Part shown: piece after piece, positions 17,995-27,335 of the stretch | Layout of the letters: every line of letters begins with the position of its first letter | Numbering within the stretch: the first letter of the stretch is position 1 | Source of the DNA: Candidatus Poribacteria bacterium | GTDB taxonomy: Bacteria; Poribacteria; WGA-4E; WGA-3G | Assembly (NCBI GenBank): GCA_965205015.1 | Contig: OZ242029.1 | Span: 1,376,001 to 1,440,000, forward strand | Length of the DNA stretch: 64,000 nucleotides | Direction of reading: 5' to 3' | Translations under genes and position numbers: made by a program | The notes under the pieces: model-generated | Databases searched by the model: none | Told to the model about the DNA's origin: nothing | The model's input: the letters and a program-made list of their open reading frames with translations, nothing else

Positions 17995-19893
17995 TTAGTC
18001 ATCACCTTCAGCAGTAACAGCCGCTTCAGCGATAGCTGCTTTCTCTTCCTTCTTCTTTTCGCCCCACAAACCGAGCCAGAAGATAAATCCGACGAGCGCG
18101 AAGAAGATTACCATGATGATTGCCACCATATTCACTGCTTCACTGAGAAGCGGCGTAAATGCATCGGCAGACGTATCCTGCATGACACCGAAAATATGCC
18201 ATGCCTCTCGAAGTCCGGAGCGTGCGTATCCCATCAGTCCCATCAAGGAAGTGAACGTAATTGCAACAAGAATTAACACGTATTGGGAGCGGTCTGTCAT
18301 CTCCCCCCATTTGATAGTGCCAGACGTTGTCGCCTTGCGGTACATGAAAATATCAACGATTGTAACGACTGCCATCACGGCGAGCGCAATTAGGACCTGA
18401 TAAGGCGTAAGGATATTGACCCGCAAATCTGTCGGAACACTGAACCCGACGATACCGATAACCACGATTGAGACGGTCGCGAGGAAAAAGACCGCAGAGA
18501 TACCAATGTTACCAACCTTTTTCCAACGTGCCGTAGGTATTTTGCCTGAACGCCGATAAAATAGGAAGCTCAAGAAAGTCGTGAGAATGATGATATTAAC
18601 CGCCGTATTTTTAGCAGTCATCAAGCCGAACAAGCCGAGGTGTGGGTGGTTTGCACCGCCCATCGCGCTCAGTTCACTGGCAGTTGAAATCTTAGAGAGC
18701 GTCCGCGGGGTCATCCAGATTGCGACACAAATAACGATAACCGTAATCATATACGGACGGTATCGTGCATAGATCTCCGCCCCCTCAATCCGTCCCATGC
18801 CTGACCAGAGGTAGTAGTTCGCGCCAATAAACAGGACACCAATCATCACCGCCTGAATGATAAATAACCAAGAGAACAGGCTACCCATCATGTTAATGCC
18901 CATTGTGTTGTTGAACATGTAGATTTCTCTACCGAGCCAATACCCCAAGAAAGGCAGCGGTATCAGTCCACAGAGTGCGATGAAGTTTCCAGTATAGCCC
19001 ATCCAATCGTAGTGCGCTTTGTCCTCTTTGGTCTTCGCGACGAGGAATCGGAACGCTGCGTATGCGGCGACAATCGAGCCTCCGAAGGCAATGTTCCCGA
19101 CGAGGCGATGGATATTAACAGGCATCCACGTAAAATTGTTGACGGCATCCCAAACGGTTCCCATGAACTCGCCTGTTGTCTCATTGTGGAGCGGCACCAT
19201 CGTATGGCTTGTGACACCTTCCATAGCGGTCTCAGGCGTGAGTGCTGGATCTGCAGCCAATTTCTCCTCAATCCAAGATTTTCGTCTCCCTTCAGAGAGC
19301 ACGCCGTATTGGGTTGCGGGACTGGTTTGGTAGCTCAACCATGCGTTAGAAACGAACATAATCGCAGTACCGAATACATTCAGAAGCACGCCGAGGAAGA
19401 GATGCCATCCTTTATGGCGTCCCTGCATCTTATCCCATCCGTAGGAGTACAGGTAAAGCGTAAAGGTTTCGCCGAAGAAGAGGATGACGTAAAAAATCAT
19501 CGTCGGTCCGAATATCCCACTGAGCTTTGTCATGACTTTGGGATAACACCAGATGAGGATGAAGACGAGGACTCCCCCGAGCAAGGCTGTCGTTGAAAAC
19601 GCGCCCATACAGAGTTTAATAAACTCTTGCGCCATGCGATCATACCGCATGTCCTTCGTCTTCCAACCGATAAATTCGATGATAACGGCGAACATCGGGA
19701 CGCCGAGAATAAAAGATCCGAATAACAGATGGAGTTGCGCAGCGATCCAGGCGGCGTTTCGGCTGCCGATCTTCGGGAAGTTACGATATTCAGCCTCGGT
19801 TACGTCCTGTGCAAATACCGGTGCAACGAATACCAAAAACGCATAAGCAAGGAGGACACAGCCAAGGATAAGATAGAGTCTCTTTTTAGACAT
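17995..19893 (-). CDS. Cytochrome bd-like oxidase (CydA-related, no cydB partner)
   Basis: AQLHL, FFGET, NAW...SP, NIHR, C-terminal YARSGLREAWHI (GRQPW-equivalent); multi-TM. Confidence 0.85.
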   Translation of the reverse strand: MSKKRLYLILGCVLLAYAFLVFVAPVFAQDVTEAEYRNFPKIGSRNAAWIAAQLHLLFGSFILGVPMFAVIIEFIGWKTKDMRYDRMAQEFIKLCMGAFSTTALLGGVLVFILIWCYPKVMTKLSGIFGPTMIFYVILFFGETFTLYLYSYGWDKMQGRHKGWHLFLGVLLNVFGTAIMFVSNAWLSYQTSPATQYGVLSEGRRKSWIEEKLAADPALTPETAMEGVTSHTMVPLHNETTGEFMGTVWDAVNNFTWMPVNIHRLVGNIAFGGSIVAAYAAFRFLVAKTKEDKAHYDWMGYTGNFIALCGLIPLPFLGYWLGREIYMFNNTMGINMMGSLFSWLFIIQAVMIGVLFIGANYYLWSGMGRIEGAEIYARYRPYMITVIVICVAIWMTPRTLSKISTASELSAMGGANHPHLGLFGLMTAKNTAVNIIILTTFLSFLFYRRSGKIPTARWKKVGNIGISAVFFLATVSIVVIGIVGFSVPTDLRVNILTPYQVLIALAVMAVVTIVDIFMYRKATTSGTIKWGEMTDRSQYVLILVAITFTSLMGLMGYARSGLREAWHIFGVMQDTSADAFTPLLSEAVNMVAIIMVIFFALVGFIFWLGLWGEKKKEEKAAIAEAAVTAEGDD

Positions 19894-19913
19894 TTTTTAT
19901 GGCTTTCGGCTAT

Positions 19914-20663
19914 TTATCTCGAGCGTTTCTTGAAGTCAGCACTCGTGAAGTTTACAGCAATATCGCCACTCGCTGGCACTTCAATGGTCTTGTTTGCTGA
20001 ACCGAGTTCTTCATGCCATGCGACGACACGCACTTTACCCGCTGGCACATCAGCGATCGAATAACCGCCTGTATCCGCGGATTTTTCATAGTCATCTGAA
20101 CTGATCCATGTGCCATCAGCATTTTTGTAACCCGTAACCGTGAAAAAGTTGTTAGGAACAGCGACGACGTACCCCGTCATCCACGTGTGGATATCGCACG
20201 TGAACTTAATTTCTTCAACCTTGGCGACTTTGTGTGGAAGGACTATGCCGGACTTCGGAATCTGATAGTTTATCGCGTCATTTTTTTTCGCGTGAGAGCG
20301 AACGTTATGCGCAACCGGATCACTGGAGGTAATATCAACAGTAGAGCCAGCAACGACTGCGAGGACGTGCGGGTAGTAAGCACATGCCTTCTGGTCCATC
20401 ACTGGATTCTTATCCGGGACGACAGGTTTCGCCCCACGAACACGGGCATAAATGACGACGTTTTTAAGACCTTTGCCCTTTGAGACAACGAGTGCCTCGG
20501 ATTTTGTGCCTGCTACAGCGTCAATGCAATGCTGATCTTTAGTAGCCGTTAAGGCGGGACGCGCAGGTGCATCGCCTTCATAGGTTACGGTGCCGGTGAT
20601 GGTCCCTGCGAACGCAGCACTTGCAAGCATCGTGCTAACAAGCAGGGCGACGAAAACTTTCAT
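19914..20663 (-). CDS. Exported cupredoxin-like / carboxypeptidase-regulatory-like domain protein
   Basis: Signal peptide; DQKACAYYPHV, HNVR, CDIHTWM, WHE. Confidence 0.78.
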   Translation of the reverse strand: MKVFVALLVSTMLASAAFAGTITGTVTYEGDAPARPALTATKDQHCIDAVAGTKSEALVVSKGKGLKNVVIYARVRGAKPVVPDKNPVMDQKACAYYPHVLAVVAGSTVDITSSDPVAHNVRSHAKKNDAINYQIPKSGIVLPHKVAKVEEIKFTCDIHTWMTGYVVAVPNNFFTVTGYKNADGTWISSDDYEKSADTGGYSIADVPAGKVRVVAWHEELGSANKTIEVPASGDIAVNFTSADFKKRSR

Positions 20664-20785
20664 AATTTGGTTTCTCCTTATATGTTTTAAATTACCTCTA
20701 ATATATTAACACCCCAATGTTTTAGGATGCAAATAAATAGACCTAAAAATTCAAATTAATTTTTCCTAAAGGCTCCCTTTACAAA

Positions 20786-21142
20786 TTAAGGACGAAACAT
20801 TTCCTTAATATAGGCGAGTAGCTCCCGTTGTTCCGCATCATTGAGGTAATAGTGGAACGCCGGCATATCGTCCTTTCCAGCATTGATGCTATCCAGCAAT
20901 TGTTCATCACTGTGCATCTCCCAGAGGCTGTTGTCCGTCAGGTCTGCGGGATCCAACCTTTTGAAACGTCCGATCCGTCCGTTGCCTTCTCCATTGTTTC
21001 CATGGCACCCTGCGCAATACCGAGCGTATTTGTATTCGACCTCTGACTGATACTTCGTACTCGGGTCAACCTGCTTAGCCAACCAGATTAAGCCGTTGAG
21101 CCATACCATAATCATGACGATAACGACCACAAGGTGTTTCAT
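20786..21142 (-). CDS. Monoheme cytochrome c
   Basis: CAGCH, PADLT, MPAF, N-terminal anchor. Confidence 0.9.
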   Translation of the reverse strand: MKHLVVVIVMIMVWLNGLIWLAKQVDPSTKYQSEVEYKYARYCAGCHGNNGEGNGRIGRFKRLDPADLTDNSLWEMHSDEQLLDSINAGKDDMPAFHYYLNDAEQRELLAYIKEMFRP

Positions 21143-21268
21143 ATTTTTAATTTATGGGATCCTTCGCATAGACATTGCCCCTCGCTGTGGTGCTTAAAAG
21201 GCATTCCTTCTTGAACCCCGTAGGGGTGAAATGTCTGCAGAGGAACTCAGATTCCGAACAATTTAAAA

Positions 21269-24200
21269 TTAGCGTCCTAAGGAGATGAGGTAATCTCGGA
21301 CGAGTCGAATCTGTTTTTCAGCGTCATTGCCAGCGTAACCATCGAGTGGCATATGTTGTCCACCAATCAGCGGCCATGCTTGCGGCATCGCTGTTCCGGG
21401 CTGGAACGCCTGCGGATCCTTCATCCAATCAATAAGCCAATCCGCCTTGAGTCGCTCCTTCGCCAACGCAAGATCTGGTCGTCCCGCCTTGTCACTCCCT
21501 TCAGGAATAATTTCACCCTGCGAAGGGTGACAAGAGATACACTGAAGTGCATCAAAAATCTGCTTACCGACTCGTAATTCAGCACGCGTCGGCATTGGGG
21601 TCTCAAGCGTTTCATACGGGAACGGTTCATCGTCAAGCGCGGAGAAGTATTTGACCAGCGTTGTCGCTTCGTCATCAGATAATCCGAATGTCGGCATCCG
21701 TACCTTGAGTCCGTATCGGATGTCTGAGGGTTCTTTGAGGAATGTAAATAACCAGTCTGGATAAACCCTTGCGCCCTCTGCTTTCAAGGGTGGCGGCGCC
21801 ACTTGCTTGGCAACCATCTCACTTAACCCTTCGTGTGCGATGATAACCTCCTCATAATCGCCGCCCGCGCCTTCAATCACATGGCATCCGGTGCAGTTAT
21901 ATTTTTTGATCAATCGTCTACCCGCATCAATGTCGTTTAGTTTCTCGGATCGGTTATGGATATAACTCAGCGGATACTGCTCGGGTTGGAAACTCTTCAA
22001 CAGCACGGCGATCGCTCTCGCATCTTCATCGCTCATCTGGAAGACCGGCATCCGAGAAACAATCCGGCGGGTTTGATACCGTCGTGGATTGGTAACTTTA
22101 CCGACCGTCCATCCCGTCCAACTGTGTTCAATGCCCACGGTGTCGCCAAAGTCAAGTTCATCCGCTAATTTCGCGCCGAACTCGCCGAGATCCGCACCGA
22201 CCTTTGACTCATTTTCGAAACCGGGAATCTCATGACACCCGAAACATCCGTAAGTCCTGACGAGTGCTTCACCTTCCGCGACATCCACTTCACCGATGGA
22301 GTCGGTAGCTACGTTTGTCGTGGCTTGTTGCATACTCATCAGATAGGCGACGACGTTGTCGAGTTCGCGGGTACTTAACCGCAAACTCGGCATACTCGTA
22401 TCTGGGTCGTATGCCTTTGGATCATTAATCCACTGTCGGAGATAACTCGCTGTAACCTTTGTGCCAACACTATCGAGTGCCGGGGCAAAATCACTCCCCA
22501 AACCCTCAACAGCATGACATGTGAGGCAGCCAACGGTCTTGACGGTTTCCTCGCCTGCCTTAATAGCCCTTTCAGATGTGGAATAATTGGAACTGGATGC
22601 ATCTAAGTCCGCATCATTCATTGCGGCAAGGTAAGCCGAGATAGATTTCACTTCATCAACAATGCGGAGGACATAACTGTCGGGGTAAGGATACTCTGTG
22701 CCATCGTCTGTTTTAATGACAATGCCATTGTCTGTTTCGGTAACAACACCGGTGCGCTTTCCGCCGTTTTTGAGATAGACGACCTGCGTCATGCCATCAA
22801 CGGGGAAGAAATTCGGCATTGTCGTATTTTCGAGGTAGGCTTCGGGTTTCTTAATCCAACTTTCAAGCCACGCAGTATCTTTCACCTTACTGCCGACTTT
22901 CGCAAGCGATGGACCGACTTTGGCGAGGGTATCGAGGGCACTATACCCCTCAACAGCGTGACATCCGTGGCATCCAAGGTCTTCAAAGAGTGCCAAGCCC
23001 TTCGTTAAATTCGGGGCATAGTCCTGCGGTTCATCCGTTTCGGGGTTCACACCGTAATCTAACATCATCACGCCATCATGGCAGCGGCGGCAGTTAGATT
23101 CCATATAGCCTTTCGTTTCTTCGGACGTTCTACCGGTATGCTCATCTAATCCGAGTACAGGCGTGAGCCAGTATTCAGCATGCGTCAAGGCGTGAGCGGC
23201 TTTCGCTGTGAGTGCCTGTCCCTGCCCACCGTGGCACGGCGTACACCCAAATTTATCAACTGGGTGCTTATCAAGAAGGACATCACGGTGTGGGTGCGTT
23301 TGAAGGACGGAACGATAGCCGGTTTCATAAGAAATCTCAACTTCACCGAAGACATCCACGTCACTGAAGGTAAGCGTACCGTTTTCCTCTAATGTATATT
23401 CATCCGCTTCCGCTTCAAATCCATCAATGATCATATTCTCACTACCGACCTTGACGCTTGTGTGCTTGAGACGCTGCACAACAGGATTTTCGCCATCACC
23501 TTCCACCTCAAACACCTCTTGCGCGGATTGATCGTAACCGGTCTTATCAGCAGAGAAATGGCATGTAGCACACCTGTCTGCGGTATGATTGAAGTCTTCA
23601 AGATAGTATTGAACGATAGTTCGTGTTTCACGGAAAGGATTCTCTAATAGACTCCCCAAGAAGGTTCGCTTGATCCCCCCCACCGAATGCAATTTTTCTT
23701 CAAGGCGTGTAACTTCGTCGTGTTTTGCTTTGTCGGCTCGCAGTGATTGAAGGGAGGCTTCTGCGGCGGTGAGACCCGTTATAATTTCGGTATCTGTAGG
23801 ATTATATTTCTGGGCGATGAGGTAGGTACTCAGGGCACTTTGTGCGTCCCCAGTGGCTTGATAAAACTGCGCCAGAGCTATGTTCGCGTTTGCAAAGGTT
23901 GCTTCCGCTCCCAAAACGGCTTCGGTGAGTTCACCTTCAATTTGGGATTCAAAATCCGCTAACTTCTTCTGCCACTTGTCAACAGTCTCATTGTGTTTCC
24001 CCTTCGCTACGTGGAGGCTGTGCTGATATTTATAGTTAATAGCATCGGATTCGCTCTGTCGAAATTTGCGTTCCTGTAGTGCTTCATCTAAGGCGACCTG
24101 AGCGTCCCTGACCTCCTTCATTAACCGTGCGAGCTCCTTGGCATCAGGTTCTTGAGGCGTAGGAAGTTCAGGCAAAGCCAATTTTGCGTTCTCTAATTCC

Positions 24201-24379
24201 GCGTGTGTTTTTTCATATTCATATTGATAAAATTGCTGCTGGATCTGCTTCCAGGGGCGCCGAGTAATCATCTCATCCCAGAACCCCCATATCGTCACCA
24301 GTCCTAACAACCCGGATAGAATAAAGAACAAAGCAGAATACGACTTACTCTCAGCAGGAATTTCCTTTTTGCTCCTCAC
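21269..24379 (-). CDS. Membrane-anchored octaheme cytochrome c of the bc complex
   Basis: Eight CxxCH (CATCH, CTPCH, CRRCH, CHGCH, CLTCH, CFGCH, CTGCH, CISCH); N-terminal TM plus coiled-coil/TPR-like segment. Confidence 0.9.
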   Translation of the reverse strand: MRSKKEIPAESKSYSALFFILSGLLGLVTIWGFWDEMITRRPWKQIQQQFYQYEYEKTHAELENAKLALPELPTPQEPDAKELARLMKEVRDAQVALDEALQERKFRQSESDAINYKYQHSLHVAKGKHNETVDKWQKKLADFESQIEGELTEAVLGAEATFANANIALAQFYQATGDAQSALSTYLIAQKYNPTDTEIITGLTAAEASLQSLRADKAKHDEVTRLEEKLHSVGGIKRTFLGSLLENPFRETRTIVQYYLEDFNHTADRCATCHFSADKTGYDQSAQEVFEVEGDGENPVVQRLKHTSVKVGSENMIIDGFEAEADEYTLEENGTLTFSDVDVFGEVEISYETGYRSVLQTHPHRDVLLDKHPVDKFGCTPCHGGQGQALTAKAAHALTHAEYWLTPVLGLDEHTGRTSEETKGYMESNCRRCHDGVMMLDYGVNPETDEPQDYAPNLTKGLALFEDLGCHGCHAVEGYSALDTLAKVGPSLAKVGSKVKDTAWLESWIKKPEAYLENTTMPNFFPVDGMTQVVYLKNGGKRTGVVTETDNGIVIKTDDGTEYPYPDSYVLRIVDEVKSISAYLAAMNDADLDASSSNYSTSERAIKAGEETVKTVGCLTCHAVEGLGSDFAPALDSVGTKVTASYLRQWINDPKAYDPDTSMPSLRLSTRELDNVVAYLMSMQQATTNVATDSIGEVDVAEGEALVRTYGCFGCHEIPGFENESKVGADLGEFGAKLADELDFGDTVGIEHSWTGWTVGKVTNPRRYQTRRIVSRMPVFQMSDEDARAIAVLLKSFQPEQYPLSYIHNRSEKLNDIDAGRRLIKKYNCTGCHVIEGAGGDYEEVIIAHEGLSEMVAKQVAPPPLKAEGARVYPDWLFTFLKEPSDIRYGLKVRMPTFGLSDDEATTLVKYFSALDDEPFPYETLETPMPTRAELRVGKQIFDALQCISCHPSQGEIIPEGSDKAGRPDLALAKERLKADWLIDWMKDPQAFQPGTAMPQAWPLIGGQHMPLDGYAGNDAEKQIRLVRDYLISLGR

Positions 24380-24395
24380 GAACTTTTCTCCCTCT

Positions 24396-24483
24396 TTTAT
24401 TTTACCTTGCGGTTCGGTCAGGTGGGTTGGACACTTTCAAGTGCCTCCCCGTAGATCCGCTCTCCATTACATTACGAGCTACA
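24396..24483 (-). repeat. Interspersed ~90-nt element (GTAGCTCGTAAT...CCGCAAGGTAAAATAAAA)
   Basis: Similar to 17886-17972. Confidence 0.7.
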
Positions 24484-24514
24484 GGTTTTGCCGCCCGCCT
24501 TCCGATTGCTATTC

Positions 24515-25381
24515 TTAGATGTTGAACCACGGGGACACCCAGATGTATTTTACATTTAAAGCGACACGCAGTATCATTTTTATCGGCAATGCAAGCATCG
24601 TTAAGAACAGAAATGAAACAACGATATATCGGACAAGGCCGAGTTCCTGTAAGAAACGACTACTTTTACACTTCCACAAGTAGAAAATGGGACCGATCGC
24701 GAAATAGCCTGCGACCACCACGAACCCGAAATAGTTTGCAGTATCCGCGTCGCGGATGCCGAAAAGATACGACAAATTCACATTTGTCAGCGGAACGACG
24801 AGATGTGGATCCCACGCTTCCCATGGCGCGAAGAAGTTCCATCCGGGACCTCTGAGGAATGTCCCCACGACCATCAGAACGATCCATAAAATGATAAATC
24901 CGAAACAGAATACGGCGAGTGCGAACGGACGTTCTTTTACTGTGTAATACCCTTTCCCCTTGGGATTAATGTCAATATAGGGAATAGCAATCAAACCGGC
25001 GATGATCAACCCCGGGAGCACTACGCCTGCGATCCACGGATCGAAATAGACGAGCATCTCCTGCAGTGCGAGGAAATACCATGGTGCTTTAGAAGGGTTC
25101 GGTGTCTTCGTCGGATCGCTGGGTTCCTCGAGCGGGGCATCAATCATAATTGACCATACACCGAGCACGAGCATCACGATAATAGCGCAGATAAACTCAT
25201 TCCGACACAGATACGGCCACACGTACACCTTATCGTTCAGAGCGGCATCCGAAGGGGTACCTGTTTTGTCTGTCTGGCGCGCCTGCCGGTATGAAAGCCA
25301 GATGAAATAAGGTATCAAAAAGAGAATAGCAACAATGGGGACATTATCCGGCTTCGTCACCAGTGCTATAAAATGCTCCAT
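24515..25381 (-). CDS. Cytochrome b subunit IV-like (C-terminal half of a split cytochrome b)
   Basis: APLEEPSDP..TPNPSKAPWYF (PEWY-equivalent), IPYID.NP, FLRGPGW. Confidence 0.88.
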   Translation of the reverse strand: MEHFIALVTKPDNVPIVAILFLIPYFIWLSYRQARQTDKTGTPSDAALNDKVYVWPYLCRNEFICAIIVMLVLGVWSIMIDAPLEEPSDPTKTPNPSKAPWYFLALQEMLVYFDPWIAGVVLPGLIIAGLIAIPYIDINPKGKGYYTVKERPFALAVFCFGFIILWIVLMVVGTFLRGPGWNFFAPWEAWDPHLVVPLTNVNLSYLFGIRDADTANYFGFVVVAGYFAIGPIFYLWKCKSSRFLQELGLVRYIVVSFLFLTMLALPIKMILRVALNVKYIWVSPWFNI

Positions 25382-25459
25382 ATTCTTCTGCTCCTTTGAA
25401 GATTAGATTCCTCGTCCGTGCTGATCCCACCGACACAAAAGATCTGCTTCTACACGCCT

Positions 25460-26230
25460 CTATAGAGGTCCAGAGATACCACCATCTTTACGGACCCGCC
25501 AGAAATGCAAAGCCATCAGAACGCTTGCCAACAGCGGCACCGCAACGCAATGTAAAATATAGAACCTCAATAAAGTGGACGGACCAACGATGGTACCCGC
25601 CAGTAGTGCGAATCGGACATCGTTCGATTGTGTGATGTCTTGCGGGGCAAACGGACCTTCATGCCCCAGAACAGGTGTCGCCCGTGCCATGTTCGTCCCG
25701 ACAGTCACCGCCCAAAACGCCAATTGATCCCACGGCAAGAGATAACCCGTGAAGCTGAGGAAAAATGTCACGAGTAACAAGATGACCCCGACTGCCCAGT
25801 TGAATTCCCGAGGCTTCTTATAGGAACCCGTCAAGAACACCCTGAACATGTGGAGCATTACCGAGATCACCATTCCGTGTGCCGCCCAGCGGTGCATGTT
25901 CCGCAGGAGCATCCCGAACGGAATGTCAAATTCAAGGTACTGAACATCGTGGAAGGCGTATTCAGCTGTGGGTCGGTAATAGAACATCAGGAGTACGCCA
26001 GTGACGGCTGTCACGAGAAACATAAGGAAAGTGATCCCGCCCATACACCAAGTGAATCGGAAGTTCAGCGCGTGCCGAGAAATCCGGGGAGGATGGAGAT
26101 GCAGCCAGACGTTTTGGAGGACCTGTAAGGTATAACGGCGCCCGGTGTTTTCATACCCGTGGCGGAATATAGAGCGCCAAATGTCGGAATTCGTAATCTT
26201 TTCTTTGAGCCCTTTACGTTCTTCGTTCAT
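25460..26230 (-). CDS. qcrB: Cytochrome b6-type (N-terminal half)
   Basis: CMGGITF, RNMHRWAAH...HMFRVF..GSYKKPRE.NW, TGYLLPWDQ, FYILH...HF. Confidence 0.95.
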   Translation of the reverse strand: MNEERKGLKEKITNSDIWRSIFRHGYENTGRRYTLQVLQNVWLHLHPPRISRHALNFRFTWCMGGITFLMFLVTAVTGVLLMFYYRPTAEYAFHDVQYLEFDIPFGMLLRNMHRWAAHGMVISVMLHMFRVFLTGSYKKPREFNWAVGVILLLVTFFLSFTGYLLPWDQLAFWAVTVGTNMARATPVLGHEGPFAPQDITQSNDVRFALLAGTIVGPSTLLRFYILHCVAVPLLASVLMALHFWRVRKDGGISGPL

Positions 26231-26346
26231 ACGTTTTTTAGCAAGTTTCGACGTGTACGCTGCGATGTGGACTTCGAAGATTCGCTCTATAACGCCGAAA
26301 CGCCGTTTCTACCTGACGGGAGCCAGGCACAAATGCTCTCCTTTCT

Positions 26347-26835
26347 TCAAACCTTCAAAAAGGAGCCTGGGTCGGTCCACTGCCCCTTCTCACCTAAAAA
26401 CTTCACAGCCTTGTCGATTTCGATCTGACCATCTTCTGCCAATGTAATTTTAACACGTTCGAGCGGTCGCGGCGCAGGACCTTCGTAGTTAATGCCTTCC
26501 CGGTCAAAACCGCTACCGTGACAGGGGCACTTGAATTTGTTTTCAGAACCCAGCCAGCGCGGTGTGCAGCCGAGGTGTGTGCAAATCGTTAAGAGCGCGT
26601 AGAATTCACCGTCTTGCTTCCGGACAATCCAAACACCAAACGGCTCTTTTTTGAACTTTTCACTAACGCTGCCCGGTGGATATTCTGCTGGAAATCCTGC
26701 TTTAAAAACAGAGGAGGGTTCAAACAGCACGCGCGGATATAAATACCGAACCAATCCCGGGCCGAAGGTCAAGCCTAATGCTGCAACGAAATTCCCCCAG
26801 CCGAGAAATTTAAAAAACTTACGTCGAGATACCAC
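26347..26835 (-). CDS. qcrA: Rieske iron-sulfur protein
   Basis: Tat-like SRRKFF, CTHLGC, CPCHGS, GPAPRPL. Confidence 0.96.
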   Translation of the reverse strand: MVSRRKFFKFLGWGNFVAALGLTFGPGLVRYLYPRVLFEPSSVFKAGFPAEYPPGSVSEKFKKEPFGVWIVRKQDGEFYALLTICTHLGCTPRWLGSENKFKCPCHGSGFDREGINYEGPAPRPLERVKITLAEDGQIEIDKAVKFLGEKGQWTDPGSFLKV

Positions 26836-26908
26836 TTATACCCCCGATCTTGTAGGCTAACGCTTACGCGTAACACCTACGAATTAACTGTAAGGTAAAC
26901 CGCAAAAG

Positions 26909-26937
26909 ATTATAACCTAATTTGAAATAAATGTCAC
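26909..26937 (-). promoter_or_regulatory. Sigma70 promoter P2 of the respiratory cluster
   Basis: GTGACA-17 nt-TATAAT on the minus strand. Confidence 0.65.
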
Positions 26938-27061
26938 CAAAATCTTTCCGCATTCAAAGGTCTGCTCTGCATAGACAAGACAGAGGCATCCATTCCAGAT
27001 GGTTTCGATTAAAAGCGCACTCAACTGAAGCCAAAGCCATTTTGCGCAATGAGCGTTACAT

Positions 27062-27090
27062 ATTATAACATATCTTCAAATGTTTGTCAA
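27062..27090 (-). promoter_or_regulatory. Sigma70 promoter P1 of the respiratory cluster
   Basis: Perfect TTGACA-17 nt-TATAAT with extended -10 TG on the minus strand. Confidence 0.8.
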
Positions 27091-27335
27091 CCAATTTTTT
27101 CAATTTTTATACAGAATCCGACAAATTTGAATTGAGAGAAAATAGCAAGATGGGTAACCTATTTTACCTCGAGATGCAGTCGCCCGTTGCATTCTTTGCC
27201 TTCCCATACGAAAGTTCGTAAAATTTTGTTCAATTCCCCAACGGTTTGTGATAAAATCTAACGCAGAAATTTCCCAGTTTTCAGAGACCAATAATCCGTC
27301 AGTGACCTCACACTGATGAACAAAGGAGAATTAAG

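Noticed and set aside
13777-19893. Claim that the organism oxidises nitrite
   Set aside because: No molybdopterin alpha or Fe-S beta (NxrA/B) subunit in the window; an EbdC-like domain alone is insufficient.
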